NCBI GenBank assembly: GCA_020351915.1
Contig: CP070673.1
Location: 4,812,889-4,844,888 of the forward strand
Length of the DNA stretch: 32,000 nt
Direction: 5' to 3'
From: Deltaproteobacteria bacterium
Lineage (GTDB): Bacteria; Desulfobacterota; DSM-4660; Desulfatiglandales; B25-G16
In this document: positions 1-7,418 of the stretch, piece by piece
Numbering within the stretch: the stretch's first letter is position 1
Layout: every line of letters begins with the position of its first letter
Notes under the pieces: generated by a model
What the model saw: only the letters and a program-made list of their open reading frames with translations
What the model was told of the DNA's origin: nothing
Database searches by the model: none
Made by a program: the position numbers and the translations under genes

Positions 1-1634
1 TCGGCGGCCACCTGGGCCAACTGTTTTCTGGCATCAAGGGCCGCAACCTTGACCGCATTGCCGGCATAGAAGGTTACCCTGGACCCCCAGGTACCGCCAT
101 CTATGGGTGTATAATCGCTGTCCACCAGGGCAAAGCTGACATCGTCCGGCTCAATCCCTAGAACTTCGGCCACGATCATTGGTAGGACGGTGTCGCATCC
201 CTGCCCAACATCCGTTGCGCCGCTCTGGAGAGCCACTGTCGCATCCTCCTGAACCTTCAGCAGCGCCGAACAAGCCGACATCCCCATGATGTTGGCGCCG
301 GTCGCAAATCCTGCCGCGCCAAGACCTATGCCCCGGTATTTTGGCAATTTCCCCTTCTTCTTATCCCAGCCGGAGACCTCTTTGGCCTTGTCCAGGGCCT
401 CTTTGAAGCCGCAGGAGGTTATCTTGAAACCATTTGGCCCTTCATACCCAGGGGTGATCGCGTTCCTTTTCCGAATCTCAAAATGATCCAGGCCCAGCTC
501 ATTGGCTATGTCATCCAAAAGCCCTTCAAAGGCAAACCGGGACTGGGGCGCACAGTGACCTCTCAGTGCTCCTGGCCATGATTTATTCGTGTATATCCGA
601 TAGCCCTGGTACCTCACATTGGGTATCTTGTAAGCTGCCATAAAAAAGGCCCCCAGCAGATAGATGCTCAACTGTCCAATACTCGTATGGGCGCCACCAT
701 CGGCAATGGCATAACAATCCACTGCCTTAATGATTCCTTCCTTGTCCACACCGATCTTGAGGTCTATCTTGAAGGGATGGCGCATATGCCCTATGGTCAG
801 GACCTCCTTCATGGTATGAACAATCTTCACCGGCCTGCCAGTCTTCCTCGAGAGCATCACCGACGCGAAATCCATGGGCATGGCTTCCTGCTTGCCGCCC
901 GAATTGCCGGCCCCTACAAAGGTCTGTTTCATTCTGACGTTATGGGGCGGAACGCCCAGACCCATGGCCAGCTGTCTCCACACCACATAGGGGCTCTGCT
1001 TGCATGATTCTAAGGTAATCTTGTCATTGGCGTCCCAAAAGCCAATACAGGTATGTGTCTCCAGCATACCATGCTTAATCGGCTGCGTTCGATAGGTATC
1101 CTCTTTGATTAGATAGGATTCGCTGAAACCCTTTTCTATGTCTCCGAATTCCCACACCGATCTACAGCTAATGTTCCCGGGCTTGTCATCATATATCAGG
1201 GGCGCACCCTCTTTCATGGCTTCCTCATGATGAAACACCGCAGGCAGCGGCTCGTATTCTACGTCAATCAGATTTAGCGCTTCCCAGGCCGTATCTTCGT
1301 CATCAGCCGCCACCGCAGCGACTTCCTCCCCCATATACCTTACACGGTCAATGGCCAAAGGAAGATAATCCCTGGTGTGCATGAAATTCCCGTACAGGAT
1401 CCCAGGAAAATCCTTGCCTGTCACAACGGCCCGGACTCCCTTAAGCTTCTCCGCCTTGCTGGTGTCAATACTGAGTATCCGGGCGTGGGCATGGGGACTT
1501 CGAAGCATTTTCCCATGGAGCATGCCCGGGACCTGGATGTCCCCGCCAAAAGGACATTCACCGGTCACCTTGATCCTGGCATCCTTTTTGGGGTATGGCT
1601 TACCTATTACTTCAAGAGTCTCATGTTCATTCAT
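1..1634 (-). CDS. Xanthine dehydrogenase/CO dehydrogenase-family molybdopterin-binding large subunit, paralog 2 (N-terminal 544 codons; 3' end lies beyond the window)
   Basis: Absent from the ORF track because no stop codon falls inside the window. Hand translation of the minus strand from ATG 1634 (GGAG 9 nt upstream) reads MNEHETLEVIGKPYPKKDARIKVTGE..GMLHGKMLRSPHAHARILSIDTS..VEYEPLPAVFHHEEAMKEGAPLIYD... The frame stays open to base 3 (..GGTWGSRVTFYAGNAVKVAALDARKQLAQVAA). It is colinear block by block with the 757-aa product of 4240-6513. Confidence 0.85.
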   Translation of the reverse strand, partial: MNEHETLEVIGKPYPKKDARIKVTGECPFGGDIQVPGMLHGKMLRSPHAHARILSIDTSKAEKLKGVRAVVTGKDFPGILYGNFMHTRDYLPLAIDRVRYMGEEVAAVAADDEDTAWEALNLIDVEYEPLPAVFHHEEAMKEGAPLIYDDKPGNISCRSVWEFGDIEKGFSESYLIKEDTYRTQPIKHGMLETHTCIGFWDANDKITLESCKQSPYVVWRQLAMGLGVPPHNVRMKQTFVGAGNSGGKQEAMPMDFASVMLSRKTGRPVKIVHTMKEVLTIGHMRHPFKIDLKIGVDKEGIIKAVDCYAIADGGAHTSIGQLSIYLLGAFFMAAYKIPNVRYQGYRIYTNKSWPGALRGHCAPQSRFAFEGLLDDIANELGLDHFEIRKRNAITPGYEGPNGFKITSCGFKEALDKAKEVSGWDKKKGKLPKYRGIGLGAAGFATGANIMGMSACSALLKVQEDATVALQSGATDVGQGCDTVLPMIVAEVLGIEPDDVSFALVDSDYTPIDGGTWGSRVTFYAGNAVKVAALDARKQLAQVAA

Positions 1635-1659
1635 GTCCTTTTTCTCCTTTTCCAATTTT

Positions 1660-2133
1660 TTACCTTGTCCCCATCTTTTCGGCGGCTGCCCTGATGGCCT
1701 CAATGATTTGTACATACCCCGTGCAGCGGCATAAGTGCCCTGAAATGGCTTTTCTGATTTCTGCCTCGGATGGGTCCGGATTCTGGTCCAAAAAAGCCTT
1801 GGCAGCTATAATCATGCCCGGGCTGCAGAATCCGCATTGGACAGCACCATGAGTCACAAACGCCTCCTGTATCGGATGAAGTTGGCCCCCTTCTGAAAGG
1901 CCTTCGATGGTGAGAATGTCTTTGCCCTGGGCTTCGAAAGCCAACATCAAGCAGGAATTGACGGCCTGTCCGTCAACGATAACGGTGCAAGCGCCACAAT
2001 GACCCTCTCCACAGCTCTGCTTGGTGCCGGTCAAGTTTAATTGATCCCTTAGAACTTCGAGCAATGTCCTCCATGGCTGCGCCTCCACCTCATAGGTCTG
2101 CCCGTTAATCCTTAATTCGATTTCTTGTTTCAC
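1660..2133 (-). CDS. [2Fe-2S]-binding small subunit of a xanthine dehydrogenase-family molybdenum hydroxylase
   Basis: Track ORF 1660-2148. Two 2Fe-2S motifs are present: CGEGHCGACTV and CGFCSPG...CRCTGY. The track start at 2148 is a TTG with no RBS. The in-frame GTG at 2133 sits 5 nt after AAGGAGG and gives MKQEIELRINGQ.., so I prefer 2133. Confidence 0.92.
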   Translation of the reverse strand: MKQEIELRINGQTYEVEAQPWRTLLEVLRDQLNLTGTKQSCGEGHCGACTVIVDGQAVNSCLMLAFEAQGKDILTIEGLSEGGQLHPIQEAFVTHGAVQCGFCSPGMIIAAKAFLDQNPDPSEAEIRKAISGHLCRCTGYVQIIEAIRAAAEKMGTR

Positions 2134-2151
2134 AACGACCTCCTTCAAGAC

Positions 2152-3036
2152 TTATGGTTCGATCTTATTGAGCGCCTGCTGGATCGCTCGACGGGTTAGA
2201 ACACCAACCATAGAGCGTCGATACTCCTCCGAGGCGCGTATGTCCGATATCGGTGAGGCTTCCCTGGATGCTGTCTCTGCCGCCAACTGAATGACCGCTT
2301 CATCTAGTTTCTTGCCGATCAAAACCCCTTCCGCCTCCTTGGCCCGGATAGGCGTGGGGGCCACAGCCCCAAGAGCCAATTTCGCCTCTTCACAGGTACC
2401 GTTTTTCGACTCAAGTGAAATAACTCCTGCCACACCGACCACGGCAAGATCCATGGCCTTCCTAATGCCGAGCTTGATGTAAGCCCCAGCACTTCGCGGT
2501 TTCATGGGCGGCACTTCCAGTCTGACCAGTATCTCATCGGGTTCCAACACGGTCTTGCCAGGCCCGACGAAAAAATCCTCGAGCAGGATAACCCTTTCTC
2601 CTTCTTTTGAGGCAATCACAGCCTTGGCGCCCAACACCAGCAGAGATGGGGCCATATCTGCCGACGGCGCAGCATTGCACAGATTTCCCCCTAAGGTTCC
2701 ACGATTTCTTATCTCGGTAGAGCCCAGCACAGATGCAGCCTGGGCCAATAGGGGGTACTGTTCTCTGATGATATCGGATCTGTCTATTTGGCTTATCTTG
2801 CACGCGGCGCCCAATTTTAGGCCGCCTGTCTTCGTAAATTGAATCTCCTCCAGATCCGGTATTTGACTGAGGGCCAACACATACTCAGGTTTTACCTCTT
2901 CATTTTTCATCTGCGGGATAAGGTCCGTCCCTCCGGCCATGACCTTGGCCTTTTGGCCATATTGATCCATCAGGGCAATCGTCTCCTCAATTGTCTTGGG
3001 ACTCAAGAATTCAAATCTTGGTAAACTTCTAAACAT
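2152..3036 (-). CDS. FAD-binding medium subunit (CoxM/XdhB-like) of a molybdenum hydroxylase
   Basis: 294 aa. It has AGGTDL near the N-terminus and the TLGGNL(C)NA motif, both typical of the FAD-binding PCMH-type domain of this family. AAGGAGG lies upstream of the ATG. It sits directly upstream of the 2Fe-2S gene (stop-to-start gap of a few nt). Only three scattered Cys, so no extra Fe-S insertion. Confidence 0.9.
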   Translation of the reverse strand: MFRSLPRFEFLSPKTIEETIALMDQYGQKAKVMAGGTDLIPQMKNEEVKPEYVLALSQIPDLEEIQFTKTGGLKLGAACKISQIDRSDIIREQYPLLAQAASVLGSTEIRNRGTLGGNLCNAAPSADMAPSLLVLGAKAVIASKEGERVILLEDFFVGPGKTVLEPDEILVRLEVPPMKPRSAGAYIKLGIRKAMDLAVVGVAGVISLESKNGTCEEAKLALGAVAPTPIRAKEAEGVLIGKKLDEAVIQLAAETASREASPISDIRASEEYRRSMVGVLTRRAIQQALNKIEP

Positions 3037-3128
3037 CTTTTCCCTCCTTGTCTTAAGTTCCTTATTTCGAAGCCGATGGGGGTGTTCACAACATATTCGG
3101 TCAAATACGTCTCCATCCGTACTGGCTT

Positions 3129-3137
3129 ATTATATCA
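3129..3137 (-). promoter_or_regulatory. Candidate extended -10 promoter element (TGATATAAT) for the FAD/2Fe-2S/large-subunit-2 genes
   Basis: The minus strand reads ttttTGATATAATaagcc, a perfect TATAAT with an upstream TGn, about 90 nt upstream of the ATG at 3036. I found no convincing -35. Sequence match only. Confidence 0.3.
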
Positions 3138-3370
3138 AAAGGCTCCTTGCCTCTGGCTAGGCCTTGCATAAAGGACAGCCAGTAAAGTCCCAGCGTAGGG
3201 TTTATCCTGTGCTTCTGGTCCAAACATGCCTCTTGAGCCGAATGTCGGCAATACCTGCTAACAATCTGCTTTCAGCAGAGGGGAACAGGACACGACTCGA
3301 TTGTTTTTGAGACAAAATGACCACCACCATCCAAATTCAGTTTCATAACTCCCTAACGTCAAGGAAGCCC

Positions 3371-3850
3371 CTAAATGGCTTTCTTAACGTTTCCTAGCTT
3401 CATAGAGTCTCCTGGAATATAGATCGCAAGCTTGCCCTCCAGCTCCCTGGCCAGGCGACCTTCCGGTTTATACCCCGTGGCCAGCACGGTGCTCTCCGCC
3501 TCAAAAAAGACCTCATTGGGGCAGTACTCAAAACTCCTCTTCACCCCCAACCTGGTGCTCCGAGATGTGGGTCACCTCAAGATCGGTCTCTATCTCTGCC
3601 TTTGCCTTCCCCAGCCAGACCGTTGTTTGCTCTGACGCCAACGGCGTACCCGATCTGCTAAGCATTCAGCGGTCCCCGAGCCGACCATTTCTTTAGGGAA
3701 TCGAAGGTATAGCGCCGGTTGCCAGAATCACAGCATCTGGCTTTTCTTTTTCAATAAGCTTTGCGGTCGCGGCATACCAAATACTCTCTTGCAGAATTGA
3801 TCTCGTATTCATGGGGCGGTAGAGCACCTCGCTATGATCATATACGCTGC
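3371..3850 (-). pseudogene. Decayed C-terminal fragment of an OYE/FadH-type FAD/NAD(P)-binding reductase (boundaries approximate)
   Basis: Minus-strand pieces in different frames: ..SILQESIWYAATAKLIEKEKPDAVILATGAIPSIP*(stop), then ..LGKAKAEIETDLEVTHISEHQVGGEEEF*(stop), then YCPNEVFFEAESTVLATGYKPEGRLARELEGKLAIYIPGDSMKLGNVKKAI*. These are colinear with ..ATAQAPEVREADALILATGASPLLPDI.., ..VRLETGVEVIRFRE.. and ..FFQADDIILAVGMKSNDGLAQALKAEVPQLYQVGDS.. of the intact 10845-12752 protein. There are at least two frame breaks, and about 70 codons are missing between the first two pieces. Confidence 0.6.
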
Positions 3851-4239
3851 CTCATCAGGATGACTTTTTAATTTCGGAAACTCGTTTTTGGACAAGTGAA
3901 AGACGATATAAAAGTTCAGAGCATTAATATCGTTCAAACGTTTTTGTGGAATGGCATATTGGTTATAGAAGATGAGTATAATTACCTGTATCCGGGCATG
4001 CCAATTTCCTCAAGGTGATATTGTTGGCCTCAAGAGAGGTGGCCAAATATGTTTGGTTTAGATGAGCCAGGCCAAGGCTCCCAGGGCATCCGAAGGGTAA
4101 ACCCCACATATTTGGCCATGGAAAAACCTGGTGGTATCTCTTAGGGAATATCGCCTTTCGAAAACCGCCGCGACCTCCTGAGGCCCTAAATGATCATTCA
4201 GTGTTATTCATGCAAACACTTTTGAACCGTACCAAACCA

Positions 4240-6513
4240 TTAGGCTTTCTGTTCAAGGGACTCAACTACTCCTTGAGGAGTGATGGGCAATTTGTTGAAT
4301 ACGACACCGGTAGCGTTCAAAACTGCATTGGACACCGCCCCTCCGGTTGGAATTGTCAATCCCTCACCCGCCTCCTTGGCACCAAATGGCCCCTCAGGTT
4401 CATAGGTCTCCACCACGATGGATTCCACCTCTGGCATGTCTGCCGCGGTGAAAAGTTTATAGTCCCTGAAGGAAGGGTTCTGGACCCGCCCATCTTCAAA
4501 CAGGAGCTGTTCTGAGAGGGCCCCCCCTAAGCCCATCTGTGCTGACCCTTGAAGCTGTCCGTCTACCAGTAGAGGATTGATTGCTTTACCGCAATCGTGG
4601 GCAGTGGTTAATTTCAGGACCCTTATTATGCCCGTCTCCCTATCCAACTCGATTTCCGCCACCTGAGCTCCAAAACTCCAAGCGGCGGAAACCAGGCCTT
4701 TGCCTCTGGGCGTATAAGCTCCTCTGCCCATAACAGGCATGCCGCCCTTCGCTCTTTTTGCAGTGGACACAGCCTCAGCAAAAGAAATGGCCTTGTCCGG
4801 CCGCTCCCTTATGTAGATTCGCCCCTCTTTAGCGTCCAGTTCCTCATGTAACCTTATGCCAAGCCTTTCCCCTGCAATCTCAAAGATTTGGCCTTTGGCG
4901 TCGAATGCGGCCCTCTTGACAGCATTCCCGGCTTGAATAGTGAGTCTACTACTCCAGGCCCCTAAATCGGCCGTGGATGTCTCCGTGTCACCAGCAAGTA
5001 TCTTCACATCTTCCAATTTTATGCCCAATTCCTCAGCCAAGATCTGTGACAGAACGGTGTTGGAACCTTGACCAAGATCTGGTGCGCGTGTATAGAGGTT
5101 AACAGTGCCATCCTCATTGACCTTTACAAGGGCCTCGGAGAAAGGGAGGTCCGTGTTGAACCAGTTAAATATCCCTCCACTGGTGAAACTATAACAGGCG
5201 ATGCCTATGCCGTGCCCCTCGGGAAGCTGTTTTCTCTTTCTCTGCCAATCTGAAGCTTCGGCCGCCTTCTTGATACATTCGCTCAGTCCACAGCTAAGTA
5301 TCTCATTGGCTATTCCCGGAACGCTGTCGCCAGTCTGAACTGCATTCTTAAGCCTCAGCTCTACAGGATCAATTTCCAATTCTCCGGCTATAAGATCCAA
5401 TTGTACTTCGCTGGCAAAATTGGGCGGCAACGCCCCATGTCCTCTCATGGCTCCTGAAGGCATGTTATTGGTGTAGACACGGCTGCCGTGATATCGATAA
5501 TTGGGGATACGGTAGGGTAAAAGACTAAACATGCCAGAAAGCAGGAGCGTGGTAGGCGTCTGGCCATTATAGGCACCGCCGTCCAGTATGATTCTTGATT
5601 CTCTCGCTACGATAGTCCCATCGATCTTGACCCCAGTCTTCATTTCGATTATTTCAGGCTGCCGTCGTCGGGTCACGGTAAACTCTTCCTCTCTTGTGTA
5701 CTCTATTCTAACCGGCCTGCCGGTTTTCTTGGAAAGCAGGGAGGCGCAAAATTCATTGGTAAACATTTCCACTTTGTTTCCAAAACCTCCACCAACATGA
5801 GGCTTTACCACGCGCACGTCATTCTCTCGCAGGCCAAGGGTGGTGGCCAGAAGCACTTGGACGAAGTAAGGGCTCTGGGTGGAGTCCCAAATCGTCAATT
5901 TACCTGAGGCATCGAAGTCGGCAACACAGACGTGGGGTTCCATAGAGGAATGCTGTACAGGCTGCGTGACGAATCTGTCTTCTCGCACATAATCGGATTC
6001 AGTGAAGCCCTTCTCTACATCGCCGATGTTTATCGTGCGGACGACGCTGACATTTCCCTCGAATCCATCATGAACCAATGGCGCACCCTCTTTCATTGCC
6101 TCCTCAGGTGTGAATACCGCTGGAAGTGGCTCATAATCCACCTGTATCAGTTCCAGGGCTTCTTGCGCCGTGTCCTCATCAATAGCGGCCACAGCGGCGA
6201 CAGCATCGCCGATAAAGCGCACCTTTTCCATAGCCAGACCTTCCTCATCCAGAAGCTCAGGCCGGACCCGCCACATCCCGTACTTAACCCCCAATGTGTC
6301 TTTGCCGGTAATAACACTCTTCACCCCGGGCAACCTGGCTGCCCTGGTTGTATCAATACTGAGAATCTTGGCATGGGCATGAGGGCTCCTCAAAATCTTC
6401 CCTATCAGCATTCCCGGCATCTTTATGTCACCAGCATATAGGGCTGCACCCTTTACCTTAACAAGACTATCTACATTAGGTATTTCCTTACCAACTACCG
6501 AATATGATCCCAT
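4240..6513 (-). CDS. Xanthine dehydrogenase/aldehyde oxidase-family molybdopterin-binding large subunit, paralog 1
   Basis: 757 aa. Family landmarks: ..LRSPHAHAKILSID.., VGGGFGNK, GQGSNTVLSQILAEELG, and C-terminal FGAKEAGEGLTIPTGGAVSNAV. Strong RBS (GAGGAGGAGG) upstream of the ATG. Confidence 0.95.
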   Translation of the reverse strand: MGSYSVVGKEIPNVDSLVKVKGAALYAGDIKMPGMLIGKILRSPHAHAKILSIDTTRAARLPGVKSVITGKDTLGVKYGMWRVRPELLDEEGLAMEKVRFIGDAVAAVAAIDEDTAQEALELIQVDYEPLPAVFTPEEAMKEGAPLVHDGFEGNVSVVRTINIGDVEKGFTESDYVREDRFVTQPVQHSSMEPHVCVADFDASGKLTIWDSTQSPYFVQVLLATTLGLRENDVRVVKPHVGGGFGNKVEMFTNEFCASLLSKKTGRPVRIEYTREEEFTVTRRRQPEIIEMKTGVKIDGTIVARESRIILDGGAYNGQTPTTLLLSGMFSLLPYRIPNYRYHGSRVYTNNMPSGAMRGHGALPPNFASEVQLDLIAGELEIDPVELRLKNAVQTGDSVPGIANEILSCGLSECIKKAAEASDWQRKRKQLPEGHGIGIACYSFTSGGIFNWFNTDLPFSEALVKVNEDGTVNLYTRAPDLGQGSNTVLSQILAEELGIKLEDVKILAGDTETSTADLGAWSSRLTIQAGNAVKRAAFDAKGQIFEIAGERLGIRLHEELDAKEGRIYIRERPDKAISFAEAVSTAKRAKGGMPVMGRGAYTPRGKGLVSAAWSFGAQVAEIELDRETGIIRVLKLTTAHDCGKAINPLLVDGQLQGSAQMGLGGALSEQLLFEDGRVQNPSFRDYKLFTAADMPEVESIVVETYEPEGPFGAKEAGEGLTIPTGGAVSNAVLNATGVVFNKLPITPQGVVESLEQKA

Positions 6514-6568
6514 AAAACCTCCTCCTCATTTTGATTGGGAAAGAAACGTTCGTTTACATACTATACTG

Positions 6569-6591
6569 CAGGAAATTATTCCAGGAAATTA
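6569..6591. repeat. Tandem direct repeat CAGGAAATTA-ttc-CAGGAAATTA in the upstream region of the 4240-6513 gene
   Basis: Two perfect 10-mers at 6569-6578 and 6582-6591 (13-bp register), 56-78 nt upstream of the ATG at 6513. The junction forms TTCCaGGAA. Confidence 0.5.
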
Positions 6592-7089
6592 AGTAATAAA
6601 ACCCCGAAATTTTTCAAACTCTATACTGTCTGGTTCAACCTTCTTCATGGCGATCTAGCCGTTCAATATCTTTATCTATATTTTCTATATAATGGATTAG
6701 ATTCCCTTGCCTAATTCATTTTGTCACATTACGAGCTCAGTGCCCCAGTTTATTTGATCAAAATGATTCTTCATAATTCTTACAAGGGAAATTCATCCTC
6801 GATCCCCAAGCTCAATTTCCCTATACTCCTTCGCCAAAAAAGCAGTCTCTTATCACCCCGTTCATAAAATGGAGGCTTTGAGTATACGCGGAGATTCACA
6901 TGTGTGGCGACCTTCCCCGGTAGGAATAGATATCGCCTTGAGGAAAGAGCCCCGGCTCCCTTTGCCTCCTCTCACACCCGGCGTACAGCTAGCTGAAATG
7001 TGAGTAAAAGTCAGCCATTGAGGGGCAAGGCAGGTGGAAGTGGTAGCTTGACCTCCATTTCCTCAGTCAGTAGCCACTGCATCACTTAA

Positions 7090-7377
7090 TTAGAGTGAAA
7101 GCACTTCCTGATAGGGCGTACCACGGAGGTATTCACCTAGTTCCTCGGTGATCTTAATGACCCAAGAATCCGGTAACAGCACGCCAACCGGGGACCTGAA
7201 CCTCAGGGTGTCCCCGTCAGGCAACTTCTCGGGAGAACTGTACAATATCGCTCTTACATTCCGGGCCTCATACTTTCTCTGACCCGATGTCAGGTCTCTA
7301 ATGGTGAGTTTGATCTCTTCGCCCTGAGGCAGTTCTTTGAGGTCCTTAACCCAGGCCAGGTATTCTTTCTTTTTCAT
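7090..7377 (-). CDS. Small (~95 aa) protein of unknown function immediately downstream of the UbiD-family gene; possible accessory subunit
   Basis: The track ORF 7090-7485 overlaps the UbiD gene. An internal start (GGAG then acaATGacaATGaaaaag; ATG at 7383 or 7377) removes the overlap and gives M(TM)KKKEYLAWVKDLKELPQGEEIKLTIRDLTSGQRKYEARNV... The composition looks protein-like. I recognised no family motif. Confidence 0.55.
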   Translation of the reverse strand: MKKKEYLAWVKDLKELPQGEEIKLTIRDLTSGQRKYEARNVRAILYSSPEKLPDGDTLRFRSPVGVLLPDSWVIKITEELGEYLRGTPYQEVLSL

Positions 7378-7418
7378 TGTCATTGTCTCCACAGATTTCA
7401 AAATGCATATCCGGTTTC

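Noticed and set aside
286-1852. Plus-strand ORFs of 66-119 aa (286-486, 687-1007, 1375-1734, 1377-1694, 1595-1852)
   Set aside because: They lie antisense to the long open minus-strand frame encoding the second Mo-hydroxylase large subunit and the 2Fe-2S gene. Their composition is Pro/Ser/Leu-rich and shadow-like, and they have no RBS.
1-6513. Naming the Mo enzyme 4-hydroxybenzoyl-CoA reductase (HcrABC/PcmRST)
   Set aside because: The context (UbiD, aryl-CoA ligase) is suggestive. However, the FAD subunit lacks the Cys-rich [4Fe-4S] insertion known from the Thauera beta subunit, and I cannot verify large-subunit active-site residues by eye. A family-level call is all that is justified.
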